Assembly: GCA_030648255.1 (NCBI GenBank)
Contig: JAUSHZ010000007.1
Coordinates: 24,404 to 88,403 of the forward strand
Source of the DNA: a bacterium
Lineage (GTDB): Bacteria; Patescibacteriota; Minisyncoccia; Minisyncoccales; CG1-02-41-26
Direction: 5' to 3'
DNA length: 64,000 bases
Shown here piece after piece: positions 9,338 to 17,778 of the stretch. The notes beneath the pieces were generated by a model. The model ran no database searches. It saw only the letters and a list, made by a program, of their open reading frames with translations, and was not told the DNA's origin. The translations under genes were made by a program, and so were the position numbers. How positions within the stretch are numbered: the first letter of the stretch is position 1; the number at the start of each line of letters is the position of its first letter.

Positions 9338-10001
9338 TTTTCTTTCTCACTTCATCTAAAATATCTTGAAAAACTTTTTCAATTGCCTGTTCGCCATTTA
9401 TCTTAATAAGTCGCTTTTTCTTTTTAAAATATTTTATTACCTTGCTCACGTCTTTATCAAAATAATCAAGCCGATTATTTATGGCTTGGGGAATATCGTC
9501 TGCTCTTTCTTCTAAATCACCGCCGCACTTATCGCAAGCTTGCAAGCTTTTATAATCCCCAACCCAAGGAATAATCTGTCCGCAATTCTTGCAAATTCTT
9601 CTTTTAGTTAATCTATCAAAAGCCTCTTTTCTTGAAATATTAAGCAAAATAACCATAGTACTTTTTTTTCTATCTAAGTAATCCAAAAAATCGTCTAGGT
9701 CTTTTGCCTCCTGCAATCTTCTTGGCATTCCATCCATAATAATTCCTTGCCCCTCTTTAACATTAAAAGCAATTTCGTGCATCCATAAAGTAGTAGCAAT
9801 ATCGTCAAATGGCAAGCCACCCCCTTCAATCAATTCTTTAATATGATGGCCCATTTCTGTATCTTGCCCAGCTAATTTTCTAAATAAAGAACCTGAAGAA
9901 ATGTAATAAAGATTACCAAAATGCTCACCTAAAAGCTTAGCTTGCGTACCCTTGCCACACCCCGCCCTGCCAATTAGAACAAAATTTATAGGTTTATGCA
10001 T
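9324..10001 (-). CDS. adk: adenylate kinase (zinc-lid form)
   Basis: GRAGCGKGTQ P-loop, CxxC..CxxC lid. Confidence 0.9.
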   Translation of the reverse strand: MHKPINFVLIGRAGCGKGTQAKLLGEHFGNLYYISSGSLFRKLAGQDTEMGHHIKELIEGGGLPFDDIATTLWMHEIAFNVKEGQGIIMDGMPRRLQEAKDLDDFLDYLDRKKSTMVILLNISRKEAFDRLTKRRICKNCGQIIPWVGDYKSLQACDKCGGDLEERADDIPQAINNRLDYFDKDVSKVIKYFKKKKRLIKINGEQAIEKVFQDILDEVRKKNDNY

Positions 10002-10024
10002 ATTATTTAATGATAACAGAATTT

Positions 10025-10043
10025 AAAAAAGGGGCAAAGCCCC
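10025..10043 (-). terminator. rho-independent terminator after lipoprotein gene
   Basis: ggggctttgcccc + UUUUUU on minus. Confidence 0.7.
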
Positions 10044-10239
10044 TATCGCACATATTTAATATATCATAAAAAAACTAACTTTCAATACTTGTGGATAATT
10101 CGGGTTAAATATTTTGATTCACTTTTGCGACGACCGTCTCAGAATTGAATCGTTTGAGATTTATGTTTTTTTAGCTTGAAATAAAGAAAAACAGGCTGGT
10201 CAGACCTGTATATTAGTTAACTTAACGACCGACTTTATT

Positions 10240-10524
10240 TTATCGAAAAACTACAAAATACCCACAGTTGACCCCATAGGGTTGATCAGTTGAATCGTCT
10301 GCTATAGAAATAAGTGTAAGGTTAGAGTGATTGGCAATAAATTTAGATAAAGAATTACCAAATGCCGCTTGAGTGGCAGCGAAATAATATACACCATTCC
10401 CATAATTAACTGGGGAAATAGTTTCTGTGGAATTAACTTTTGTTTCTTTGCCCGCATTACTACCACAGCCACAAATTATAAGAACAAGAACCATTAGAGA
10501 TATCAATATCGCTATTTTTCTCAT
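10240..10524 (-). CDS. small lipoprotein
   Basis: lipobox LIICGC; SD GAGGAG upstream. Confidence 0.6.
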   Translation of the reverse strand: MRKIAILISLMVLVLIICGCGSNAGKETKVNSTETISPVNYGNGVYYFAATQAAFGNSLSKFIANHSNLTLISIADDSTDQPYGVNCGYFVVFR

Positions 10525-10682
10525 TTTTTAACTCCTCTTAGATAATTTACCTAAAGCCAGTTTAAAGTATTCACGACAACACAAATATTACTACTTAACC
10601 ACAAAAAATCAAGCCATGCTGTCAAAACCCGATTTTGGGCTCCCTAAAAATCGGATTTCAAGGGATCCTTGATTGAAATAAA

Positions 10683-10700
10683 CAAAAAACGCCTTTCGGC
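10683..10700 (-). terminator. rho-independent terminator ~240 nt after secY
   Basis: cgccgaaaggcg + UUUUUU on minus. Confidence 0.7.
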
Positions 10701-10937
10701 GAGATATATATTCTTTTTTCTCTTCACCCCCCAACAAGAAAACTTGGAGAAATGCGAGCTTGTTTGTTTTTCTTTGCCTTACGAAGAGAGATTAGAAAAT
10801 TTAGGAGCGAAACGAGGGAAAATAGTGGTAGGTCGCCGAAGGCGATCGGGCACCACGTAATTTTTCCGAAGTTTCGCGACTAAAATTTTCAAGCTCTTGA
10901 AGTTCAGCAAAGAAAAATAAATAAGCGAAGTCAGCTT

Positions 10938-12221
10938 CTACAAGTTTTCGTAGTCCCTCATTTCCATTTGGGCTTTTACTTGCCTCCAAATATCCAAAAC
11001 CACAGAAACCACAATCAATATGGCAGTTCCTCCAATTAAAAATTGAAAAGCCACCACCCCTGTTATCCCCTGAATAATTGAAGGCATTACCGCAATTAAG
11101 CTTAAAGATAAAGCGCCAATAAAAAGTGTGCGGTATAAAATCTTTTGCAAAAACTTGGCAGTTGATTCCCCCGGCCTAATGCCTGGCACAAAGCCACCCA
11201 TTTTTTGCAAGTTAGTGGCAATTGATTTTGGGTCAAAGGTAACGGCTGTGTAGAAAAAAGTAAACAGAAAAACCAAAACAAAAAATAGAGATCCGTTCAC
11301 CCAAACATTTGATAAAAATAATGAAACTGCCTTGGCGGTATTGGCAATAAAAGCGTTTCCTCCAACAGTTAAAAAATTAGCAATCATTGTAGGGAAAAGT
11401 AAAATGCTTAAAGCAAAAATAATAGGAATCACGCCAGCCGGGTTTAAATTAATTGGCAAATAAGTGGACACACCTCCATACATTTTATTGCCCCGCACTC
11501 TCTTGGCATAGTTAACTGGAATATTTCTTTTCGCTTCAGTTATTAAGACAACTCCAGCAATAATTACCAAAGCAATGATAAAAAATGCAATATATGGAAG
11601 CGCTTTTGAAGAGTCCCAACTTAAAGCAATTTGTCTGATTTGCGAAGGCGTATCAGCCACAATGCCAGCAAATATCAAAATTGAAACACCATTACCAACA
11701 CCCTTTTCAGTAATAAGTTCGCCAAGCCACATTAAAAATAACGCCCCCCCAGTAATTGTGATAATAGAGGTAATCATTTGCCACGCTGGCAAAACAGCAA
11801 TGGCTCCCTGTTTCTGAAATAGCATTAACATTGCGTAGGCCTGTAATACTGCTAAAGGCACTGTTAAAATTCTGCCATATTTATTAAACCTGGCTCTGCC
11901 TGCTTCTCCTTCTTCTTTATACATTTTTTCCAAAGCTGGAAAAATCATTGTTAAAAGCTGAATAATAATGGTTGAAGTGATATACGGGCCCAAGCCAAGC
12001 ATAACAATTGATAAATTAGAAAAAGCCCCCCCGACGAAAACATTTAAAAGCCCCAAAAGCTCGTTTTGGCTAAAAAATCTTTTTAAATTTTCTAAGTCAA
12101 TCCCTGGAATGGGAATGTTAGCGGCCAATCGTGAAACAGCCAACAAAGCCAAAACAAATAGAATTTTATTTCTTAATTGTTTGTCTTTAAATATTAATAA
12201 TAGTTTTTGAAACCACTCCAT
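10938..12221 (-). CDS. secY: preprotein translocase subunit SecY
   Basis: 427 aa, 10 TM, operon position. Confidence 0.93.
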   Translation of the reverse strand: MEWFQKLLLIFKDKQLRNKILFVLALLAVSRLAANIPIPGIDLENLKRFFSQNELLGLLNVFVGGAFSNLSIVMLGLGPYITSTIIIQLLTMIFPALEKMYKEEGEAGRARFNKYGRILTVPLAVLQAYAMLMLFQKQGAIAVLPAWQMITSIITITGGALFLMWLGELITEKGVGNGVSILIFAGIVADTPSQIRQIALSWDSSKALPYIAFFIIALVIIAGVVLITEAKRNIPVNYAKRVRGNKMYGGVSTYLPINLNPAGVIPIIFALSILLFPTMIANFLTVGGNAFIANTAKAVSLFLSNVWVNGSLFFVLVFLFTFFYTAVTFDPKSIATNLQKMGGFVPGIRPGESTAKFLQKILYRTLFIGALSLSLIAVMPSIIQGITGVVAFQFLIGGTAILIVVSVVLDIWRQVKAQMEMRDYENL

Positions 12222-12409
12222 GTTAGTAATTCTTAATTGAACGGCGAATTTATGAGCTGTGAAATTTAGAATTTCTTACACCCCGTGGAGTAGAAATTTG
12301 CTCTGCAAATTTCTATTTTAAATTTTTTACTAAAAATTTAAAATTACTCCACAGGGTAAATTCCGCTTGCCAATCGCGCTTCGATTACTCAGCACTCTTG
12401 GAGCGTCAT
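12222..12409 (-). repeat. repeat copy secY|rplO (X, B, R1)
   Basis: direct sequence match to family. Confidence 0.9.
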
Positions 12410-12841
12410 TTACTTTACTGTTCCTCCTGCTTTTTCTATTTTAACTTGAGCAGCTTTTGAAACCAAGCAATCCTCAATAGTAAGTGATTTAGTAAGTTCG
12501 CCATTTCCTAAAATTTTTACCAATGGAACTTTGCCTATAATTTTTCTAATTAATTTTTTATCAACTAAAACTTCCGGGGTAATTTTGTCTCCTTTTTCAA
12601 AATTCTTTTCTAAAACATTAAGATTTATAGAGGCTGTTTCTTCTCCTCTTAATTCCTGCCTGTATCCTCTTATTTTTGGATATCTTTTAATAATCTCTCT
12701 CATAAAGGGTTGCATTTTTCTCCCAGCCCTTGATTTTTGGCCTTTGCAACCCTTCCCACAGTAAGTTCCCTTCTTGCCTCCTCTGCCAATTCTTTTTCTA
12801 TCTTTTGTCTTATTATTTGGTTGTATTTCGTGAATTTGCAT
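12410..12841 (-). CDS. rplO: 50S ribosomal protein L15
   Basis: 143 aa, Gly/Arg-rich N-term. Confidence 0.9.
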   Translation of the reverse strand: MQIHEIQPNNKTKDRKRIGRGGKKGTYCGKGCKGQKSRAGRKMQPFMREIIKRYPKIRGYRQELRGEETASINLNVLEKNFEKGDKITPEVLVDKKLIRKIIGKVPLVKILGNGELTKSLTIEDCLVSKAAQVKIEKAGGTVK

Positions 12842-13040
12842 GTTAGTAATTCTTAATTGAACTGCGAACGATTAGTGAGCTGTGAAATTTAGAAGTACTT
12901 ACACCCTGTGGAGTAGAAATTTGCTCTGCAAATTTCTGTTTTAAATTTTTAGTAAAAAATTTAAAACTACTCCACGGGGTAAATTCCGCCTTCCACTCAA
13001 ACTTCGGCTAATCGCCTCGTTTTCGTGGGGCGTCATTTAA
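12842..13040 (-). repeat. repeat copy rplO|rpsE (X, B, R2); tail 13008-13040 is translated as rpsE C-terminus
   Basis: ..cggctaatcgcctcgttttcgtggggcgtcattta in frame with S5. Confidence 0.88.
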
Positions 13041-13526
13041 CTGTTGTAAGGCCGCTACTGTTGCCCGGGCGATATTTAATTTATTTCTTGATCTTGACAA
13101 TAACTTTGATGATATATTCCTAATTCCAGCTAAACTGCAAATAACTCTTACCTGGCCGCCAGCCACCAACCCCCTACCTTTTGCCTGAGGCCTTAACAAA
13201 ACCCTTGCTGGGCCATACTTTGCTGTAACCTCATGGGGAATTGTTTCCTCAAACATTGGAACAGAAATTAAATTCTTCTTGGCCAACCGAGTTGATTTTT
13301 CAACAGCAATTGCCACATCAGGCCCCTTGGCCACACCTAATCCAATTTTTCCCTTTTTATTGCCAACCACCACAACTGCCCTAAACCTCATTTGCTTTCC
13401 TCCCTTTGTTACTCTTGTAACTCTGGCTAAATCTAAAACCACCGAGTCGAACTCATCTTTCGGTTTTGCTGGAAATTGACCTCTTCTTTCTCTATTAAAT
13501 TTTCCTTGTTGTTGCTGTTGTTCCAT
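13008..13526 (-). CDS. rpsE: 30S ribosomal protein S5 (last ~11 aa encoded by repeat-derived sequence)
   Basis: S5 dsRBD plus C-domain; tail ..[10 protein letters not shown] read through the cgtcattta motif. Confidence 0.9.
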   Translation of the reverse strand: MEQQQQQGKFNRERRGQFPAKPKDEFDSVVLDLARVTRVTKGGKQMRFRAVVVVGNKKGKIGLGVAKGPDVAIAVEKSTRLAKKNLISVPMFEETIPHEVTAKYGPARVLLRPQAKGRGLVAGGQVRVICSLAGIRNISSKLLSRSRNKLNIARATVAALQQLNDAPRKRGD

Positions 13527-13720
13527 GTTAGTAATTCTTAATTGAACGGCGAACGATTAGTGAGCTGTGAAGTTTAGAAGTACTTACACCCTGTGGAGTA
13601 GAAATTTGCTCTGCAAATTTCTGTTTTAAATTTTTTACTAAAAATTTAAAACTACTCCACGGGGTAAATTCCGCTTGCCAATCGTGCCTCACCTGCTGGC
13701 TCGCACTCTTGGAGCGTCAT
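13527..13720 (-). repeat. repeat copy rpsE|rplR (X, B, R1)
   Basis: sequence match. Confidence 0.9.
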
Positions 13721-14065
13721 TTAAAATTGTAGCCCACCTTCTCTCGCTCCTTCAGCCAACGCTTTTATTCTACCATGATATTTAAAGCCTCCTCTATCAA
13801 AAACAACTTTTTTAATCTTTTTTTCTATTGCTAATTTAGCAATTTCCTTACCAACATTAAAAGCCTTTTCTAATTTTTTCAGTTTTTTCTCTTTTGAATC
13901 GTTTGCTGAAATAATAGTTTTGCCTTTTGTGTCGTCAATTATTTGAGCATAGATATGCTGGTTTGATTTAAATACGCAAAGCCGAGGCGCGGTTGGTGTG
14001 CCAATGACTTTTGCCCTGATTCGGCTGTGTCTTCTTGTTCTTTTTTGTTGTTTTGTCTGTTGCAT
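13721..14065 (-). CDS. rplR: 50S ribosomal protein L18
   Basis: 114 aa. Confidence 0.9.
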   Translation of the reverse strand: MQQTKQQKRTRRHSRIRAKVIGTPTAPRLCVFKSNQHIYAQIIDDTKGKTIISANDSKEKKLKKLEKAFNVGKEIAKLAIEKKIKKVVFDRGGFKYHGRIKALAEGAREGGLQF

Positions 14066-14258
14066 GTTAGTAGTCGTTAATGAATGAGTGGCGATTAGCC
14101 ACGAGTGAATTTACGAATTCTTACACCCTGTGGAGTAGAAATTTGCTCTGCAAATTTCTGTTTCAAATTTTTAGCAAAAAATTTGAAACTACACCACGGG
14201 GTAAGTCCTCCGTAAGCTCTGGCTTCGGCTAATCGCCTTGCCATCGCTAACGGATTAC
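14066..14258 (-). repeat. repeat copy rplR|rplF (W, B, R3)
   Basis: sequence match; gtggc-gatta-gccac. Confidence 0.9.
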
Positions 14259-14819
14259 TTATTTTCCAGCTTTCTTGCCCTCTTTCTTGCGGACAATTTC
14301 ACCAAAATATCTAACGCCCTTGCCTTTGTATGGCTCTGGCTTTCTTAAAGCTCTTATTTTTGCTGCAAACTGGCCAACCTGTTGCTTGTCAAAACCAAAA
14401 ATATTTATAAATTGTTTTTCTATTTTTATAGACAAACCCCCTGGAATCTCCATAAAAATAGGGTGAGAAAAACCCAAGTCCAATCTTATTTTCGATTCTC
14501 CCTCCATAGCAGCCTTGTATCCAACTCCCCTAAGCTCTAATTTCTTTTCAAATCCAACTGAGACGCCATGAACATGGTTCAATAATAAAGCAGTGGTTAA
14601 CCCCCAGAGAGCAGGAATTTCTTTGCTCTCTTTTTCCTGTCTGCCGACAGGCAGGGCTGGCTTTACAACTAAAATATTACCTTGTTGTTCCACAACAATA
14701 CCAACAGGAATTTCCTGTTTTATCTCTCCCTTAGGCCCTTTAAATAAAACATTATCTTTTTCAAGAATAACTGTTACGCCTTGGGGTATTTCTATTGGTT
14801 TTTTTCCTATTCTTGACAT
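14259..14819 (-). CDS. rplF: 50S ribosomal protein L6
   Basis: MSRIGKKPIEIPQGV...; track prefix MKTHTISNM is artefact. Confidence 0.92.
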   Translation of the reverse strand: MSRIGKKPIEIPQGVTVILEKDNVLFKGPKGEIKQEIPVGIVVEQQGNILVVKPALPVGRQEKESKEIPALWGLTTALLLNHVHGVSVGFEKKLELRGVGYKAAMEGESKIRLDLGFSHPIFMEIPGGLSIKIEKQFINIFGFDKQQVGQFAAKIRALRKPEPYKGKGVRYFGEIVRKKEGKKAGK

Positions 14820-15021
14820 GTTAGAAATTGTGTGAGTTTTCAAGCTATAATCTTTTTTATGGCTTGAAAACTCATTACAAGTTCTTACACCCTGTGGAGT
14901 AGAAATTTGCTCCGCAAATTTCTGTTTTAAATTTTTTACTAAAAATTTAAAACTACTCCACGGGGTAAGGTATCCGTAAGCTCGGGCTTCGCCTGCTGGC
15001 TCGCCCTCGCTAACGGCTACC
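14820..15021 (-). repeat. repeat copy rplF|rpsH (Z, B, R3)
   Basis: 13-bp hairpin tgagttttcaagc/gcttgaaaactca. Confidence 0.9.
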
Positions 15022-15411
15022 TTACCACACTTCCACCATTAATTCACCTCCGACTTTATCTTTTCTGGCTTGCTTATCTGTTAATAAACCATTGGTGGTT
15101 GAAACAATAGATAAGCCATAGCCACTTCTTACCTTTGAAATCTCGTCTGCTTTTTTATAAATTCTTTGCCCTGGCTTTGAAATCCTTTTAAACCCAGAGA
15201 CGGCTGGCATCTTTTCATTATATTTTAACTGTATTTTTATAATTTGAAACGGCTTTTTCCCTTTTTTCTTGCAATCCAAAATAAGCCCCTCTGCTTTTAA
15301 AATTTCAGCAATTGAGTATCTTAGTTTTGAAAAAGGAACATCGGTTGTTTTATGGAAAACAACTTGAGCGTTCCTTATTCTATTAAACATGTCTGTTATT
15401 GGATCGGTCAT
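15022..15411 (-). CDS. rpsH: 30S ribosomal protein S8
   Basis: MTDPITDMFNRIRNA... Confidence 0.92.
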   Translation of the reverse strand: MTDPITDMFNRIRNAQVVFHKTTDVPFSKLRYSIAEILKAEGLILDCKKKGKKPFQIIKIQLKYNEKMPAVSGFKRISKPGQRIYKKADEISKVRSGYGLSIVSTTNGLLTDKQARKDKVGGELMVEVW

Positions 15412-15612
15412 ATTAGAAGTTGTGTGAGTTTTCAAGCTATAATTTTTTTTATGGCTTGAAAACTCATTACAAATTCTTATACCCCGTGGAGTAGAAATTT
15501 GCTCTGCAAATTTCTGTTTTAAATTTTTTACTAAAAATTTAAAACTACTCCACAGGGTAAGTCCTCCGTAAGCTCTGGCTCGGCTGTTGCCTCGCCATAG
15601 CTAACGGATTAC
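15412..15612 (-). repeat. repeat copy rpsH|rpsN (Z, B, R3)
   Basis: sequence match. Confidence 0.9.
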
Positions 15613-15798
15613 TTACCAAGACGACTTCTTAATCCCGGGTATTTCTCCTTTACTTGCCATTTCCCTAAAACAAATTCTGCACAAACCAAAGTCCCTTATA
15701 AATCCCCTGTACCTTCCGCACTTAAAACATCGCCTCACTATTCTTGAAGAAAACTTTGGTTTTCGGTTTGATTGATTAATTAATGATTTTTTTGCCAT
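15613..15798 (-). CDS. rpsN: 30S ribosomal protein S14 type Z (zinc)
   Basis: 61 aa, CxxC..CxxC. Confidence 0.9.
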   Translation of the reverse strand: MAKKSLINQSNRKPKFSSRIVRRCFKCGRYRGFIRDFGLCRICFREMASKGEIPGIKKSSW

Positions 15799-16020
15799 GT
15801 TAGTGATTCTTAATTGAACGGCGAGCGATTAGCGAGCTGTGAAATTTAGAATGACTTACACCCCGTTAAGTGCGAGCGATTAGCGAGCTACTTAACTGGG
15901 GTTTCGTTGTATTCTTACCCCACCCCAGTGAAGTAGAATTTGAGTACAAATTCACTTCACGGGGTAAGGCTCTGCTACCGCTCAACCTTCGCCTTCGGCT
16001 CGGCTTCACGGGCAGAAGCC
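15799..16020 (-). repeat. repeat copy rpsN|rplE (X, A, R2-like); tail 15975-16020 translated as rplE C-terminus
   Basis: taccgctcaaccttcgccttcggctcggcttcacgg ~ R2 consensus. Confidence 0.85.
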
Positions 16021-16577
16021 TTAAATGGAAACCCCAGCAATCTTAATAATGCAGCGCCTTCTTCCTTTGTTTTGGCTGTTGTTGAAATTGTTACTTCTAA
16101 TCCAAAAATGCCTTTCTCTTTTTCAACTTTCAATTCAGGAAATGGAACATACTCTTTAAATCCAACTGTAATATCTCCTTGGCTTGTCATAGATTTCTCT
16201 TCAACGCCCCTAAAGTCTCTAGACCTTGGCAAAACAACCCAAATCAACTTCTCTAAAAAATCATACATTCTTTTCTTTCTTAAGGTGCAGCTGGCTCCAA
16301 CCGCCATACCTTCTCTTAGCTTGAAAGCAGCAATTGATTTTTTTGCTTTATTTAGAGATGGTTTTTGCCCGGTAATAGCGGCTATTGATTGAGCAATATA
16401 TTCTTCCGCTTTTTCTCTCTCACTGGCGCTTTTTCCAATAACCATTTTGCCAAAACCGCAATTAACAACAATCTTCTTTATTTTTGGCACAGCCATAACA
16501 GAACTATACCCGAATTTCTTCGTCATTTCAGGAATAACTATTTTATTGTATTGCTCTTGTAATTTCATATTTTTCAT
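15975..16577 (-). CDS. rplE: 50S ribosomal protein L5 (C-terminal ~14 aa encoded by repeat-derived sequence)
   Basis: start taken at MKNMKLQEQYNKIVIPEM after 22-bp hairpin; tail ASAREAEPKAKVER. Confidence 0.85.
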   Translation of the reverse strand: MKNMKLQEQYNKIVIPEMTKKFGYSSVMAVPKIKKIVVNCGFGKMVIGKSASEREKAEEYIAQSIAAITGQKPSLNKAKKSIAAFKLREGMAVGASCTLRKKRMYDFLEKLIWVVLPRSRDFRGVEEKSMTSQGDITVGFKEYVPFPELKVEKEKGIFGLEVTISTTAKTKEEGAALLRLLGFPFKASAREAEPKAKVER

Positions 16578-16586
16578 GAAGCTGTC

Positions 16587-16641
16587 GAAGCTGTTGAAAC
16601 CGAGCTTCTGGAAGCCCTTGAAGCTCGGTTTCAACAGCTTC
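16587..16641 (-). repeat. perfect 22-bp inverted repeat (distinct from main family) directly upstream of rplE
   Basis: gaagctgttgaaaccgagcttc-tggaagccctt-gaagctcggtttcaacagcttc. Confidence 0.9.
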
Positions 16642-16655
16642 AGGCTCCATAGCTT

Positions 16656-16961
16656 TTAAATATCAGCTTTGCATTTCTTGCAAATTCTAACTTTATTTTC
16701 TCCTTCTACCTTATAGCCAATTCTTGTGGGTTTATTGCACTTAGGACATAAAGCCTGCGCTTTGGAGGCATTCATTGGAAAAGAAATTTCCACAATTTGC
16801 CCTTTTTCTCCTTGTTTTTTTGGCTTTTTATGCGTCTTTTTTATATTAACTCCTTCAACCAAAATCATTTCCTTAGATGGAAAGCTTTTTAAAACCTTGG
16901 CTTTCTTGCCTTTATCCTTGCCAGCGATTATTAAAACATTGTCTCCTTTTTTGATTCGCAT
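16656..16961 (-). CDS. rplX: 50S ribosomal protein L24 with C-terminal zinc ribbon
   Basis: MRIKKGDNVLIIAGKDKGKK..; CPKC..CKKC. Confidence 0.9.
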   Translation of the reverse strand: MRIKKGDNVLIIAGKDKGKKAKVLKSFPSKEMILVEGVNIKKTHKKPKKQGEKGQIVEISFPMNASKAQALCPKCNKPTRIGYKVEGENKVRICKKCKADI

Positions 16962-17177
16962 GTTAGAAATTGTGTGAGTTTTCAAGCTATAATCTTTTTT
17001 ATGGCTTGAAAACTCATTACAAGTTCTTACACCCTGTTAAGTGCGAGCGATGAGCGAGCTACTTAACTGGGGTTTGTTTATATTATTCTCATACCCCAGT
17101 GAAGTAGAATTTGATTACAAATTCACTTCACGGGGTTAAGCGATTGTAATGCTCGGCTATCGCCTCGCAGACAATCG
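16962..17177 (-). repeat. repeat copy rplN|rplX (Z, A, R4)
   Basis: sequence match; IR agcgattgt/acaatcgct at rplN TAG. Confidence 0.9.
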
Positions 17178-17546
17178 CTAAACAACATCTTTAGCCATGG
17201 TTATTATGGCATCAAATCCTTTTTCTTTTAATTCTCGAGGAACCGGCCCTAAAATTCTATTTCCTTTAGGCTGTTTCTGATCATTTAAAATACAGCAAGC
17301 ATTGTCATCAAATCGCAAATAGGAACCGTCTTTTCTTCTAAACGGACTCTTTTGCCTTACAATAACGGCCTTAACAACCTGATGTTCCTTAACATCGCGC
17401 CTTGGCTCTGCTTTTTTAACCGCTGCAACAATTATGTCGCCAATTCTTGCATATTTCTTTCTTGTGCCTCCAGGCACCCCAAAACACTGAACTATCTTAG
17501 CTCCAGTATTATCTGCCACATTTAACATTGTTCTTAACTGAATCAT
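17178..17546 (-). CDS. rplN: 50S ribosomal protein L14
   Basis: MIQLRTMLNVADNTGAK. Confidence 0.93.
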   Translation of the reverse strand: MIQLRTMLNVADNTGAKIVQCFGVPGGTRKKYARIGDIIVAAVKKAEPRRDVKEHQVVKAVIVRQKSPFRRKDGSYLRFDDNACCILNDQKQPKGNRILGPVPRELKEKGFDAIITMAKDVV

Positions 17547-17550
17547 GGGT

Positions 17551-17778
17551 TTATTTTTTTACTACTTTCCAACACTTATCTTTACTCAAAGGCCTTGACT
17601 CTTCTATTAAAACCTTGTCTCCAATTTCAAAAATATTGCCCGCTGTATCTGCCTTATACTTTTTCGAAGATGTGTATCGCTTTCTGTATTTTGGATGCAC
17701 CTTTATTGTTTCCACTTTCACCACAACAGTGTTTGTCATTTTATTGGAAACTATTTGTCCTTTTAATATCTTTTTCAT
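17551..17778 (-). CDS. rpsQ: 30S ribosomal protein S17
   Basis: 75 aa. Confidence 0.9.
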   Translation of the reverse strand: MKKILKGQIVSNKMTNTVVVKVETIKVHPKYRKRYTSSKKYKADTAGNIFEIGDKVLIEESRPLSKDKCWKVVKK

